Shown piece after piece: positions 38,801 through 52,415 of a stretch of 64,000 bases of DNA (positions within the stretch are counted from its first letter, which is position 1; every line of letters begins with the position of its first letter). The DNA is from Lama glama (taxonomy: Eukaryota), in NCBI GenBank assembly GCA_028534125.1, contig CM052817.1:68388001-68452000 (forward strand), in the 5' to 3' direction. The notes beneath the pieces are model-generated. The model worked only from the letters and a program-made list of their open reading frames with translations, was not told where the DNA came from and searched no databases. The position numbers were made by a program, and so were the translations under genes.

Positions 38801-41800
38801 AGTTCTGTGGTACTTGTGAGATGTAATGAGAGCTCTTGGAAATCTCCCCGTTATGTATCCATTCATTGTTCTGCCCTGCCCTGTGTACTTCCAGTCACCT
38901 TTGTGGCTAAATTACATACCCTGGAGGACAGGGGTCTTTGTTCTGCCTTTAGTGGTGCCAGGTCTGAACAGTAACATGAGGTAGATGGCAAAAATTACAA
39001 ATGAGTCTTAGTATTCGAAACATAATCTTATTTACATTAAGAAAAATTTTCTCAGGTTACTAACAACACCTACGGTTGAGTTGGCTTTTTCCTCGTCACT
39101 TTCCAGAGCCACCATCTGCTTAGGCATCTCATCATGTCATTTTTTTTTTCAAACAAATGTTGGCACTTGATTCCCAAGTGTGATTAGATTACATGAGAAA
39201 TATTACACAGAACTGATGTGGGAGTTTAATTTTCCCGTAACTTATTTGATAACATTGTCCAACTCAGTGTCAGAAAATATTATCCAATTCTCAGAAGCCC
39301 AGTTACATCAGCTAGGATGAATTTTTTTAACAGTAAGATTTTAGATTGCGGTCAAACAGAAGAGGCTTGGGCATGTGACATTAAAGAGCTATGTTTGCTT
39401 TGCCAGTTGAGACTTGTTTCTTTTTCTAGTTAAAGTAATGACTTAGGGGTTATTTTAAGGGCACTTTGGAGATTGTGTTGCAGGAATGTTAGAGACTAAA
39501 TTTTGAGTGTGATTTGCCCATTTGAGCTTAATTCTGGCATCTGATTTTGAGGGAAGAAATCTGCCATTTATTGACTCTCTGTGATCCTTGCCTGACCGTT
39601 ATTTACTGAGCTTCTGAACCATGTGTGGATGCTAGCGGACAGTGGACCAGACGTGACCCAAATTGCTTGTCCCTGACACACGTGAAGGTTGGAGAGACAG
39701 TGTTGCCTTTTCTGATTAGCCTGTAGCAACAGATACATTATTTCCTACAAAGCAAGTATCTCATCTATTTTTGATGTTTTTAGAAGACTTTCTAAAATAG
39801 ATTACTAAAAATAGTCCACTTATACTTTTGTTTTTTTCCTGACCTGCTGTTCACAGCAGGTTGTCAAGGTTTGTGTGTTTTGGCTACTGAGAGCTCACAT
39901 TACAGCGGGATAGGTTGTCAGAAGGTGGGTCAGTTCATGCAGAAGTTGGGAATCATTTTTCTCTAGTCTCAAGAGGGGTATGTATTTTTCTAATCTATTT
40001 TTTGAGATACAGAAATGAAGTTCTTTAGACTTCTATGAGTATGTGATACTGTAGATATAAAATAAATTTGACAAGTTGTATTTCGTTACTAGGATTTACT
40101 CATAACATTTTTATCCTAAGTGTGTATCTGAAGAAAACATTTGCTAGCTTGATGGTAAACACAGATTAAGTCCAGATTCCACAGCCTCGTGCTCAAGGAT
40201 AGCCAGTTAGGAACTGTAGTACAATTGGACTTACATTGTAATTGTATGTGGCTGCAAATAACAGTGACACAAAAAACAGTATCCTAAATTGCTAAGTTGG
40301 CCATTTAGGGTTAATACTCTGACTTCTAGCTCTGCCTCTTTTCCATTTTCAAGATTTACCTCATGCTCACAAAGTGGCTCTACATCCTAGGCAAGAAGAC
40401 AGAGGAGGGCATACTAGTCAGCCACCTTTTCAGGCGGCTTTGAAGTTCCAAAAGCCTCACCCAACAACTTCTGTTTACGTACAGTTGCCCCAAGTTTAGT
40501 CACTTGGCTCCCCAGTATGCCAGGGAGGACAGTGAATGTAGTGTTCCACTGCTAACTCATCACCCACTCCAGAAAAAAGCCATTCTATTTTAAAGAAGGG
40601 AAAAATAGACATTGGTGAGCACCCAGCAATGTCTGCCACCAATGCCTTTTATCATCTGCCTTAATTAGCATATGTTGTGATCACATCTGCTGTTCTAAGC
40701 ACTTGGTACTGTAGCTCCACCAGAACCCGGGCACTCCCTGAGACCTCCCTTCAGTGTCCTCCCCCATCCTTTGCTCATGTTCCGAAAGGCTGTGTCTCCC
40801 ATCCCAACCCCCTCTGCCTCTTACCTCTAAGGCATTGCTCAGATCACATTTCCTAAAAGAGGCCTTTCCAGGACCTCAGTTACTCTCTGCCCCACCCTCT
40901 TCTCTCATCTCAGCTCTCTATCATAGCCCTGGTTAAGTTTCAGCCAATATGTTAAAATTTCACAGTTAATTTTCATATCTTCTATGACTCCCTCATCCCC
41001 TCCCACTTAGTATAATAATCGTATGTGCTGAGCGTTCAGTATATGTTTGTTGAATTCCAGTGCAGACCTAATGCCAATAAGATAATAGGAGAAAGTTCTT
41101 CTGTACAACATTTTTATAAGAGGAAAAAATTGTTACATCAGCATTGTGAGTATCCTTTTCCATTTAATAGCTGTTGGCTAGGATATAGGTCATTGGTGAC
41201 TTCAGTGAATAGTCTGCGGGGTAGAAGTGTAAACAGCAGTTTGAAAACACTGGCTCCCTAAACATGGAAGAAACATGAACAGTCTGGGCCTCTTGGAATG
41301 TGGGCATTTGATGTGCCCAAGATTAAGGCACTCCACAGAGAACAAACAACGAAAGAGGGAGGGGACAATAAAAACTGTCGTTTCTGTAAAGCACCTGAAA
41401 GCACCTGGATGATCATCGAGGTGGTCGGGAGTCAGGAGGCAACACAGCCTTCATGAAGTGTTCTCTTCTAAGTGAACTTTTTCATGTTCTCCAGTGGTAC
41501 CTCCTAAACTTTTTTCATGCTTTTAGAGATGTTTCCAAATGCTAAGCATTTGGGGAGGTTGTCACCTTGACTAGCGTTTAATTATTTTGAGGTGCTTATG
41601 TTTTCTTTTTAAATGTGGCACCCTGGGTGCCCCAGACACCTGATTCATTCAGGTTGTGTTCACATATAATTGTTAGGATTTATGAAACATCTTTTTTTTT
41701 TAAGATTAAAAAGAAAACGTCTTTTAGCTTGTGATTCTTGGTGATGGGCCTGGAAATTACATAAAGGATGGCTTGTTCCTGGGACTTGTTTTTAAAACTG

Positions 41801-44800
41801 CACATAAACCACTTGCCAGGTATACAGTTGACTGAAGCACAGTATTGGAGGGCCTCCTTGGTAGTTCACTTCTCACAGATCTGAACCGAATTGTTTCCTG
41901 TCCAATGTCATGCCATATCTAAAATCAGATTATATGAATTTTCCCAGTACATTACTCTACCATTACCCTTTACACTCTGCTTATCCTTTCTTTCTGCAAG
42001 CTTTTGAATTAAATACCTACAGAGCAGCACTAAGGATTAGTGATGGCACAGGGTCCACTTGGGGTGACAAATAAACAGGCAGGAGGGACCTGAAAGTAAG
42101 ATGGGCAGATAAGCCTGTGGAGGGCCAGGCGAAGGGACGGCTGGGGAGAGCTGAGTGAGGAAATGTAGAACACCAAAGACAGCCTGCACGTCAGTTGCAC
42201 AGAAATGTTTTGAAGGAAACGATGTTTGAGAGTTGTCCAGAACTAGGAGCATCTCCCAGAAAGGAGAAGAGCGTTGGCTAATACGGGAAGGAGCAGGTGT
42301 CAGGGACTGGAGGACGCAGGGTCACTGCTGACCTCACTCCTCTTGGTCTCCAAGACCTGTCTGCTCTTCACTCAGGGGTTACTGAAGCCTGTCTCTTCCT
42401 GGTGCAAACACAGATCATGCCTTCCACGTGTCAGCTGGACTTCAGTCCACCCCACGCATTATCACCATGCTAATATTCCCAGAGTTTTATTTTTGTCAAG
42501 TAATTCTCTTGATGATGATGATAAACTTTCATTCCTTGTAGATAAAGTGCTGTTCCACAGTCTGAAGTTTAGGGAGCATCATCGTCTGACAGCACTCACC
42601 CGTGTCTACCTCTTACTCTTCCACCAGCATTTATCCATTTATTCGTCTCTTTAGTTTGACAAGCCTTCTCAGTGTCCCCTAAATAAATGATGGTCTGTTT
42701 TGCTGTCCAGTTCTCTACACCTCGGATGGTCCACCCCCTTCTCTTTCTACCCAGGGTTCAAGATCCAACTCAAGATCTCTTTGAGGCTTTCTGTGCAACT
42801 CTTTATGGATATGCTTGTATGATGATTTCTTTATAACTTTCATATGTGCCACCCATCTTGCTCATAAATAAATACTGCCTTGAATTAAAAACATTATTTT
42901 GTCTCTTGGCCTAGACTGTAAGCTCTTTGAGACCAATGACTGTACTATATAGTCATTTTTCATCTATTTTAATATCTTCCATAGCACTATACACATATTT
43001 GCTCTAGAAAAAGATTCCTCCATCTGCCACCATCCCATGTTGGGCTGGATAATTTGTTTTTGTTGGGGGTTATCTGAGCTTTATAGGATGTTTAGCGGCA
43101 CCCCTGTATTCTACCTGCTAGATGCCAGGAGCACCCTCTTCCCAGTGCGACAATAAAAAATGTGTCCGTTCGTGCTAAATGCCCCACAGGGAGCAAAAGT
43201 ACCCCCCAGCTGAGAATCACTGTAGAAATGGAATAAATTCTTACCAGTATCTTGGCAGGGATTGAAGACTATGATGATATGAGTGATGATTTAAAGCATT
43301 TTAGGGTCTTTAGGGATGATACACTCAATTATGGACGACTGGACATGTAAGATAGAACTTTCTAGTTTCTGTGTAGGCTGCAGACTTTATATCTATAGGC
43401 TATAGACTGATGAGCAATTACAGTGCAACTTTAGGTTAAGAAAGGGCAAATGACAGAAGTATCCTTAAGTTGAAATTCCTAAAATATTGAGCTTTGGTTT
43501 TAATTCATTTTGAACCATTGCATACTTAGAAATACCATTTCCAATAAAATAAATATTTTATTATTTAATTGGAAATTTATCTGAGTTCATACTTAACCAC
43601 TATCTTTAGATTAAGAACTATGTTTTGAAGCATATTTGAGAAAATGAGTTTGAAGTTATGGGTGCAGATTATTATGAAATTATAACTATTGACAAATACT
43701 AGTTGTGTGTATGTGTAGTTTTCCAGTTTTTTTTTCTTTTTTGACTATTTGAGTATTGTTCTCAAGTTAGCAAAATTTCCAGCCCCAAGCAACACCCACA
43801 CAGACACACGTATGTAACACAAGTGTGAGAGTGTGTAGTCTAGACAGTGCTTACTGCTCCAAGACACAATGATTTTGTATATTTCTATTACTCTATTGTA
43901 AATTCTTAGTTTTTTCTTTTATTGTCAAACGAGAACCTGACGTATATACCATATGGTTGACGTGCTGCTGACCTAGAAATAATGCCTGCTATCCTCTTTT
44001 CACAGCTGTATGCCAGCCACAGTGCAAACATGGTGAATGTATCGGACCTAACAAGTGCAAGTGTCATCCTGGATATGCTGGGAAAACCTGCAATCAAGGT
44101 AGGGAAGCCGTGACATAGTAAACAATCATAAGCCTCCTCTACTGTCTGATAAAAGAATTTAAGTTCTCATGCAAATCACTTTTCCGTGACTATTATCCCC
44201 AAATATATATAAGATGCAATTTGGCTGAAAGATAAAAATATAAGAGTGGTGACTTTTTTTTTTTTAGTTGTATTTATTTATTTTCATTATGTTTTGTTTT
44301 GCCTTTTTTTTTTTAACCCCCTTAACGGAGGCACTGGGGATTAAACCCAGGACCTTGTGCACGCCAAGCATGCGCTCTACCACTAAGCTCTACTCCCACC
44401 CCAAGAATGGTAAATCTTTTAAAATCTATTTAATTGGAGGACAATTAAAAGAATTTCATCCTCTTATTCACTATTAATAATGAAAATGCTTTTTGAGAAG
44501 GAGAATTGCATCATTAGTAACATGTTAAATGTTAGAAGCCTTACATTCTGCTCCTCCTCGATCTTCCTCTAACTGGATGGGAAGCTTTCACAAGTTGTTA
44601 GCCCCCTTGGATCTCAGCTAAATGAAAACACTTTAAGACTCAAAGCCCGGTAGGAGGTTTGGCTTGAAGTTTTGAGGTCCCTTCCAACTCTGAGCTCTTT
44701 GATCTTTGTGATTGAATTCCCTTCATCCCTTGACCAGTTTGTAATGCTGCTCTGAGAAAGATAGATTTTGATTAACTTAGCAAGTTATTTTTTCATTGGC

Positions 44801-47800
44801 ATCAATTGCTTATAAAAGCAAATATTTATTTAGCCCTCACAATGCCCAGGTATTTTATATATATTCTCTATTTTCAACACTACAACAGCATTAGGAGGTT
44901 GAGCGCTGTATGTTACAATTAAGCTATAAATAATATTGCTATTTGATTTTTCATTTGAAGAGATATCAGGAATATTAAGTGTCTTGTCCAAGTTTACCAA
45001 ATTTGTTGGTAAAAGATCTACTGTGTCAACGTAGAGCTATTGCCTGTATAACTCATGTTCTTTCTACCAATACAGTTTTGGATGCAGAAAGTATCCTTGG
45101 AAGTGTGACCTTCTGATTCAGGCTGCATAACCACGCTGTCAAGTCTTGTCTTTTCAATTAATTTCAACCAAAATTTTCTACCGTTAGGTATTGAAAAAGA
45201 AAACAGAAGGAAAGAAAAGCTAGGGTTAGATTTCACTAGAGAGATGCAAGGATGAAAGAGTCAAACATTTCACTTATTTCTTAAAGTAATAATCCGTGTC
45301 ATTTTAAGTGTCAAATGACACAGTTGCATAGGGTCTCACTGTCCTATAGGTACTTACTTAACTTCATCTGATACAGAAATGATCTTGTTGAAATGCTCTT
45401 GTTCTTCAATATCTGATAGTCCTCAAAGTGTGTCATGTAAACTCGTGATCCGCAGGTTTTCACAAGAATCAGTAACACTGATGTTTGAAAGTATATGTAA
45501 TTGTTCCGGAACTACCAGGTGAAATCTGTTAGTGAGGTGTGACATGGCCAATGGGAGGACTACCTGTTATTCTAAATTCTGTTCTTTTTTATCTTCTACT
45601 TGATTGACTGCCTTTTCCCCTAAAGCTGCTTCTCTATCTTAAAAACTCATTTTTTAAACTTGGAATTTACCTAACATACATGAGTAGTATTTTTGAAATT
45701 CTTATTATCTCAGTTTACTCTTTTAAAAACCTATTTGATTTTCCTTCTGCAGTGTATGTTCACAAGTAGCAGCATGTTCAGTTCTGATTATTGAGTTGTC
45801 AGTGTTCATCTGAGAGTGCCAGCGTGCTTCTTTTTTTTTTTAAAGTACTGAACATAAACCATCAGAGCTTTCATTAATATGTCAGCACCATAAAACTTTG
45901 TTGTCCTGATGCCAGGAATTTATACAAAGGCGATTACTGAAAGAAGCCACTGTTGAGATTGCAGAGAAATTCGTTTAAATTTATTTGCAGGAGCTACATC
46001 AACTTTAATAAGCTGCAGAGACACTAAAACCGTCATCGGAACACAGATGCATCTCTGGGTATCTCATTTTCAGAAAACCAGTTTACCATGTACTTTTCCC
46101 TATAATTTCATACCTGTTTCTCTAAAGGAAGATTGAAATACACAGAGTTGAAATCTTGTCTCCCAAAACTAAATATAGTTAGGGGGAAGAGGATTTCATT
46201 AGTGGCAAAATGGATTTTACACTTGCAGAAAGAGTGCTGCCACTGAAAATGTAATTTCACGTTCAATCTTGAGTATAAAACTCCAGCCCACAGTAAACTT
46301 AGGTGTTTTAATCATCTGTCTCTTTTCCTTCCTTTCCAAAAAAGCAACTGTGGCAAGTTCCCAANNNNNNNNNNNNNNNNNNNNNNNNNNNNNNNNNNNN
46401 NNNNNNNNNNNNNNNNNNNNNNNNNNNNNNNNNNNNNNNNNNNNNNNNNNNNNNNNNNNNNNNNNNNNNNNNNNNNNNNNNNNNNNNNNNNNNNNNNNNN
46501 NNNNNNNNNNNNNNNNNNNNNNNNNNNNNNNNNNNNNNNNNNNNNNNNNNNNNNNNNNNNNNNNNNNNNNNNNNNNNNNNNNNNNNNNNNNNNNNNNNNN
46601 NNNNNNNNNNNNNNNNNNNNNNNNNNNNNNNNNNNNNNNNNNNNNNNNNNNNNNNNNNNNNNNNNNNNNNNNNNNNNNNNNNNNNNNNNNNNNNNNNNNN
46701 NNNNNNNNNNNNNNNNNNNNNNNNNNNNNNNNNNNNNNNNNNNNNNNNNNNNNNNNNNNNNNNNNNNNNNNNNNNNNNNNNNNNNNNNNNNNNNNNNNNN
46801 NNNNNNNNNNNNNNNNNNNNNNNNNNNNNNNNNNNNNNNNNNNNNNNNNNNNNNNNNNNNNNNNGGGTCTCATCCATCTTATAATACGTTGGGTAAGCTA
46901 CTAATGGCAACGGTTAACCATTTTTTGCCAAAAGCCTCTCTCTTTATCCTTCTTTTTCCCCCCAGTCCCAGACATCTCAATCTTATCTGTGTCCTGGTGG
47001 GGTGTCTTATGTATAGTCTAATTAAACATGACCTAAATATGATGTAAGTTCTTACACTTGAATGAAAACATTGGTGATCTAGCCTGTTATTTACTTAAAT
47101 AAGATCTTTATGAAAATCATAAATTTATGCATAATTCTGGAGTATTTTTTACAGCACCATAATATAGGAAAAGGTTTTAAATTGGTCATTTAAGACCTAG
47201 GTATTTCTAAACGGAGAAGATTGATCATAACCAATTTTTTTATAATCTATTTTTTTTAGTTTTCTCTGTTGATGACTAAAGTCATGTTTTTAAAAATAGC
47301 CATATATTTTTTGGTGCCTTAGAAAAAATTGGTATGAGGATGATGGATTGTTAACTTATAATGTATGTGTGTTCTTGGGAAGCAAGATGGCAGTGATAAA
47401 TTTTAAGGAAAATAGAAATTAAAATTTAAAAAGAGAGAAACTGGAAGAACTAGAAACTAATTTTTGTGAAGTATCTAAAGCATTCTTTTTGAACTCCACC
47501 AACTTTTTGTAATTGTTTAATATATACTTATAAAGATTTTTAGGGCTAAAAATGACATCAGTTGAAAGTTGACTCTTATTACCTTCTTCCTGGTGTGAAG
47601 ACGAACGCTTCTACCCAACTCCTCTTGACCAAGGCCGTGAACAGCCTCTTTTACAACCCCCGGATCATCAAGCCACCAGTTTGCCTTCAAGGGGTGAGCG
47701 TGCGTCATCTCAGGTGGCTGCTCCTCCCACCTGCACGGCTTCCTGCAGTGTTGTCACTTCTTGCCAATGTTCTGAAGACTCCCCCCCCCCGGGGTGCCCA

Positions 47801-50800
47801 GTCTTCAGCATCCTGAGCATGTGAAGCAAGTGGCAGGAACTGTCACCTGGTGCCGCTTCTCTGTGCTCTAGAAGCCTGGAGCCTCCACTGTCCTTTCCCT
47901 GCATCGAGTATCCGTTGCTTTTCTTACTCTTTTCTGGGTTTCAAAATGTTTTCTAAAAATCAGATGACAAAACAACTTTTGTTTTCATCTGGAGGTGAAG
48001 TCAGGAATTCGAAAGCAACTGTGATTGGGGTTCTGATAGCTTTGTTTAGTAGATTTTAGAAGTGCTCAGGTCCTCTCCCCGCCACCACATTTGGGGTGTA
48101 GGGTTTTAGGTCACCTGCAAATCAAACCATAGATTAGCTTCCTTCCTTGGATGAACATTTTGTAATATTAGGAAGACTGAGTTCTGGTTCCAGCACAGCC
48201 CTTATGCAGCTGTACGATTGTCAGCAAGTCACTGAATGTATCTGGGTCTTAGCAAACCAGTTAGTAATGGGGGAGAGTAATGCCTGCTGTCTTCAGCTGC
48301 AAGGCTGGTGTGAGAACAGAAATACCAAAAATATGGATGTCTTCACTATGCTGGAAAATTCTGTAGCAAAGTTAGGTGGCAGCATGCCTTTACAGTACTT
48401 CTACTAAAAGATTTTTGTTTCTCACCCACTCGTAGATTTTGGAACTTAGAATGACTGAATTAAACTCAATAATTATTAATTACTGTCTCTCTGCTAATAG
48501 GGAACCTGATGCATTTGGATCAAGAAATTAAGGCACAAAGAATTAGGGCAATGAGATTAATTTCAGGGTCACTGATAATTTAAAAAGTAAAAGTTACGGC
48601 AGTTGACATATTAAGATCTGTTTGTCTGTGACCTTCACTTTAGTCAGGTAAGATATAAACGCTCAGACTTCTGTGACATTGCTTAGTTTAAGCCTCAAAG
48701 GAAAAAAAAAAGGACCAAATTCATTAAATGAATGCAAGGTTATTTTCCTTAAAAATCTGCTGGGTTATCTTACTCAATGAATCTCTTCAGATTTTCAAAC
48801 TACTTTTCAATGTCTGCATGCTAATAAAATTTCTGATTCTTTTTTTCCCCTGAAGTGTAATTATAATGCTGTGCAGCCTGCATTTTTGTTCTGGACCAGC
48901 TCCTTCCCCTTCTCCCCTTACCCAAGCTGCTGAATTCACCAACTTGCTTAAATATACACCTGACTGTAATAGATGCTCTTTAAGAATTGTATATATGACA
49001 ATTTAAGCATTTGAATATAAGTGGTTTAATTGTAAAGTTCTGTCCTTTGATGTGGTAAGATAGGTACATGATAGAATTAATTTTTTATAGCTTTTCTTTA
49101 TAATGTATATTACATTATAAACTTCTAGAGAAAGAGCAAGATTTAAGTACATTTAAAATAAAGACACTAAAGTTTTCTTTCCTGGGTTCTTGGATCAACT
49201 TTGAAGATTGATTTGAGAAAGTGTGATCAAAAAGAATATTCTTGTTCTTTATATTCTGCTCATTATTATAGGAGCAGTTACTATAAATTGGAGGTGTTGT
49301 TTTTTAATTTCTGACTTAATTTGATAGTAACATAAGTGTTACTAGGTCTATAGTCAAGGAGATTTTGAAAGCAGCATGCGTTAATGCAACTTCATAAAGC
49401 ATTAGGTCAATAAGAAAGTAAGGTATAATAATCATAGACTAGAAACCGTAAAGAAGATTGAAGACAATGAAGTTCATCAGCAGGGTACCAGAGGCTCCTA
49501 ATCTTTTGCAATCCCTGCTTTAGTGAAAGTTTGATGTTTGGTAAATTTTGATAATCATGGATTACTGGGGAATTCTATTTCATCATTTCTGCAGTGGTTT
49601 TTGTAAGAGTTGGTGGGAATTTTTTACAAGACACATGTCTGTGGCAGATGGGGCAGTGATGGCCATGGCTGGGGACATCCACACCAGCCAACTGTCAGGG
49701 AGTGTCATCCCGCCCATCACCAGCTGCTAGCGTACAGCTTTCTCAAATTGCTTTCAATGTCTTTGGATCCTTATGTCTCAATTTAATAATAGTAAAATAG
49801 CCAGCAAATGTCTCTACATTTACCCACTGGATTCTGTGTGTTTATTTCCTTTCCCATATTCATAGGTGATTCCAGGGTTTTTTTTGTTTGTTTTTGGAAT
49901 TACAACATCTTATTGATTTTTCATTTCCTTTCAGTTTTGTGATTCTTAACCCTAAAGTGCTTTTTCTTATGGAAAGAGAAAGATAAACTTGGTTTGAAGA
50001 CCCGCAGCAGCCCCAGTCTGGATCGTGAAGCTTCTCATAGCAACCCTAAGGGGCCTTTTTTCAGCCGAGACTGGAGCTGCCTCAGCTGGGCCTCCACTTT
50101 AGTTCATGGCCATATTCCATCAGCAGAAATACACCTTGCGTATGAGCTGCCTGGAACTATAAACATCTAACCAGTCCTCATCAGGAAGCCACAGAAGTTC
50201 CTGTGGCTCTTTAAAAGTAAACCTAAAGAACTGACTACACTTTAATAAAAATAAAATAGAATAGAATAAAATGAAAAGTAAATGTAAGGGTTCTTAATGA
50301 CACATTTTATATCCACGCATTGCCTTCCCTTGAGATATAGAATTCAGTCACTCTGCTACTTTATTGTACTATTCTGCTGTATTTCTTCTTTGTACAGAAA
50401 AATATTTAGGACCCAAAGCCTTTCTTCAATAATGTATTCATATTTAAATACTATTTGCTATAATATTAATCTGAGATTTATCCAAGCCAGGTGTGCCTCT
50501 GCCGGGACATATTAGGAATGATAATTAACTCCTCTTCAAACATGAGAAAAGATCCCCATATTGAAATACAAGGTAGAAGAATATGACAAGTGGAATGAAT
50601 TTCTTTCTCTGTTTTTCCTCATTGATTGAAAAATTTTACTTCATTTTAAATGAAGGAGAAATCAAATTTTTGTGGGTACTATAACTTGCAAAGTACCTTC
50701 TTCAAGGAAATTTTTAAAAAATACTTTAAAAAGTGATTCTGTTTTGAATATCCTTGACTGGGCAAGAGACTCTGAAGTTAGAAATTGAAGAACACATAGG

Positions 50801-52382
50801 AGATGACAAAGGTATCTGGTTTATTTATTTAACCTTTTCCAGGCTTCATCCAGCTGGGGACCTGCTTATAGTTGTGCTTATGGTTAACAAAAAGGCCAAG
50901 TTGAGAAGTCAGTAAAATATTTTTTAAAATTTAGGTGAAATAATTATTTGATGGTTTAAAAAAATGTAATTTGGTGGTTACATTAAGTATATATATTAAT
51001 ATGTACAGCTTTTTAATAATTGAGCAGGTTTAAATTTGGTTAGACTGAAAACAACTTGTAACTCGATAATATCTATATTTCTAATTTGAGGACATGGCTT
51101 AATGGATAATTAAATTGTGCTAATCAGATGCCTATGCTGGCAAGTCCAGACAAAATAAACATGTGGTCATATTTCTTTTTAATGAAGTCTGTATTTTGGG
51201 CACTACTGTTTCAGTGTTTATTTGTCATGAGTTTTATGTTCACTAGAGGCAGTGTTCAACTTGGGTTAGAAAACTCTCATAAAGCGAAGTTTATTCATTC
51301 ATTTCATATTGATATTTAAACCTGAGATATGTAATGATAGTCCATCATGTATTGTCCATTAGTATTTCCATATGCCCTTAACTGCAGAATGATGAAAATA
51401 TGTTAGCGGGTCTTTTTTTTAGTTCATTTTGTGACTTGAGTGCTTTACTATAGTAGAAAATTGAAGTTTCTTGTTTAATCTGAGATCAAAGTCTAATTAC
51501 CTCCCCCCCCCCAAAATCTGAGATCAGTATAGGTTCTATAAGATTGAACAAGAAGAACTACAATAGTGATCACTCTAATCAATTTATCACAGCCCTGCTT
51601 GCATTTTTTTTCCCACATTTTTTCTTGTCCTCTGAAAAACAAGCTTTTCTCTGGGAAGGTCAAAGCAAGTCTAATGTTAAAAGTCTATGTGCTTTCTGTA
51701 AGCTAAAATAGGTTCACACAGTGTCTTCTTTAAACAGAGACAGGAAGAAATTGAAAGAGGAAGCTCCCATTATCAGGAGTGAATCTAGCAGTGTAACCCA
51801 GAGATTGTGAGGATTTTGGAGTCAGATAGATGGTTTTCACGCTGCTCTTTCTAGGGATGGTACACTATGTGTCTGTGAGGAGAATCTTCCTAACTGCCCT
51901 TTATATTATTTAAGCTCCAGAAATTCACACGGCACCTCTGGTCGAAGACTCCTGGTCGCCTTCATTTCAGTGTCACCTGCATTGAAATGCAGACATTGTG
52001 AACAGGCACTATCTCTTATGTACATGACTGGTGACAATAGCTTGACTGACTTCTCTTTCATTCTTCAACATAGAGAAGTATCTCAGTGATGTGCGTTAGC
52101 TTGCGGCTTTGTCATCTTTCTGCTTCAACTCCATTCTTTTCAGACCTGAACGAGTGTGGCCTGAAGCCGCGGCCCTGCAAGCACAGGTGCATGAACACGT
52201 ACGGCAGCTACAAGTGCTACTGTCTGAGCGGGTACATGCTCCTGCCAGACGGGTCCTGCTCGGGTATGTGAAGAATCTTAACTGCTTCCTGAGTGCTCTG
52301 GGCTTGCTTTCACGCTGTGCTCTGGCAGAGTGTGGAAGTGGCCTCTCAGCCCTCCTCCTCAACAGGATGTGAGCGTGCGTGC

Positions 52383-52415
<33 letters not shown>

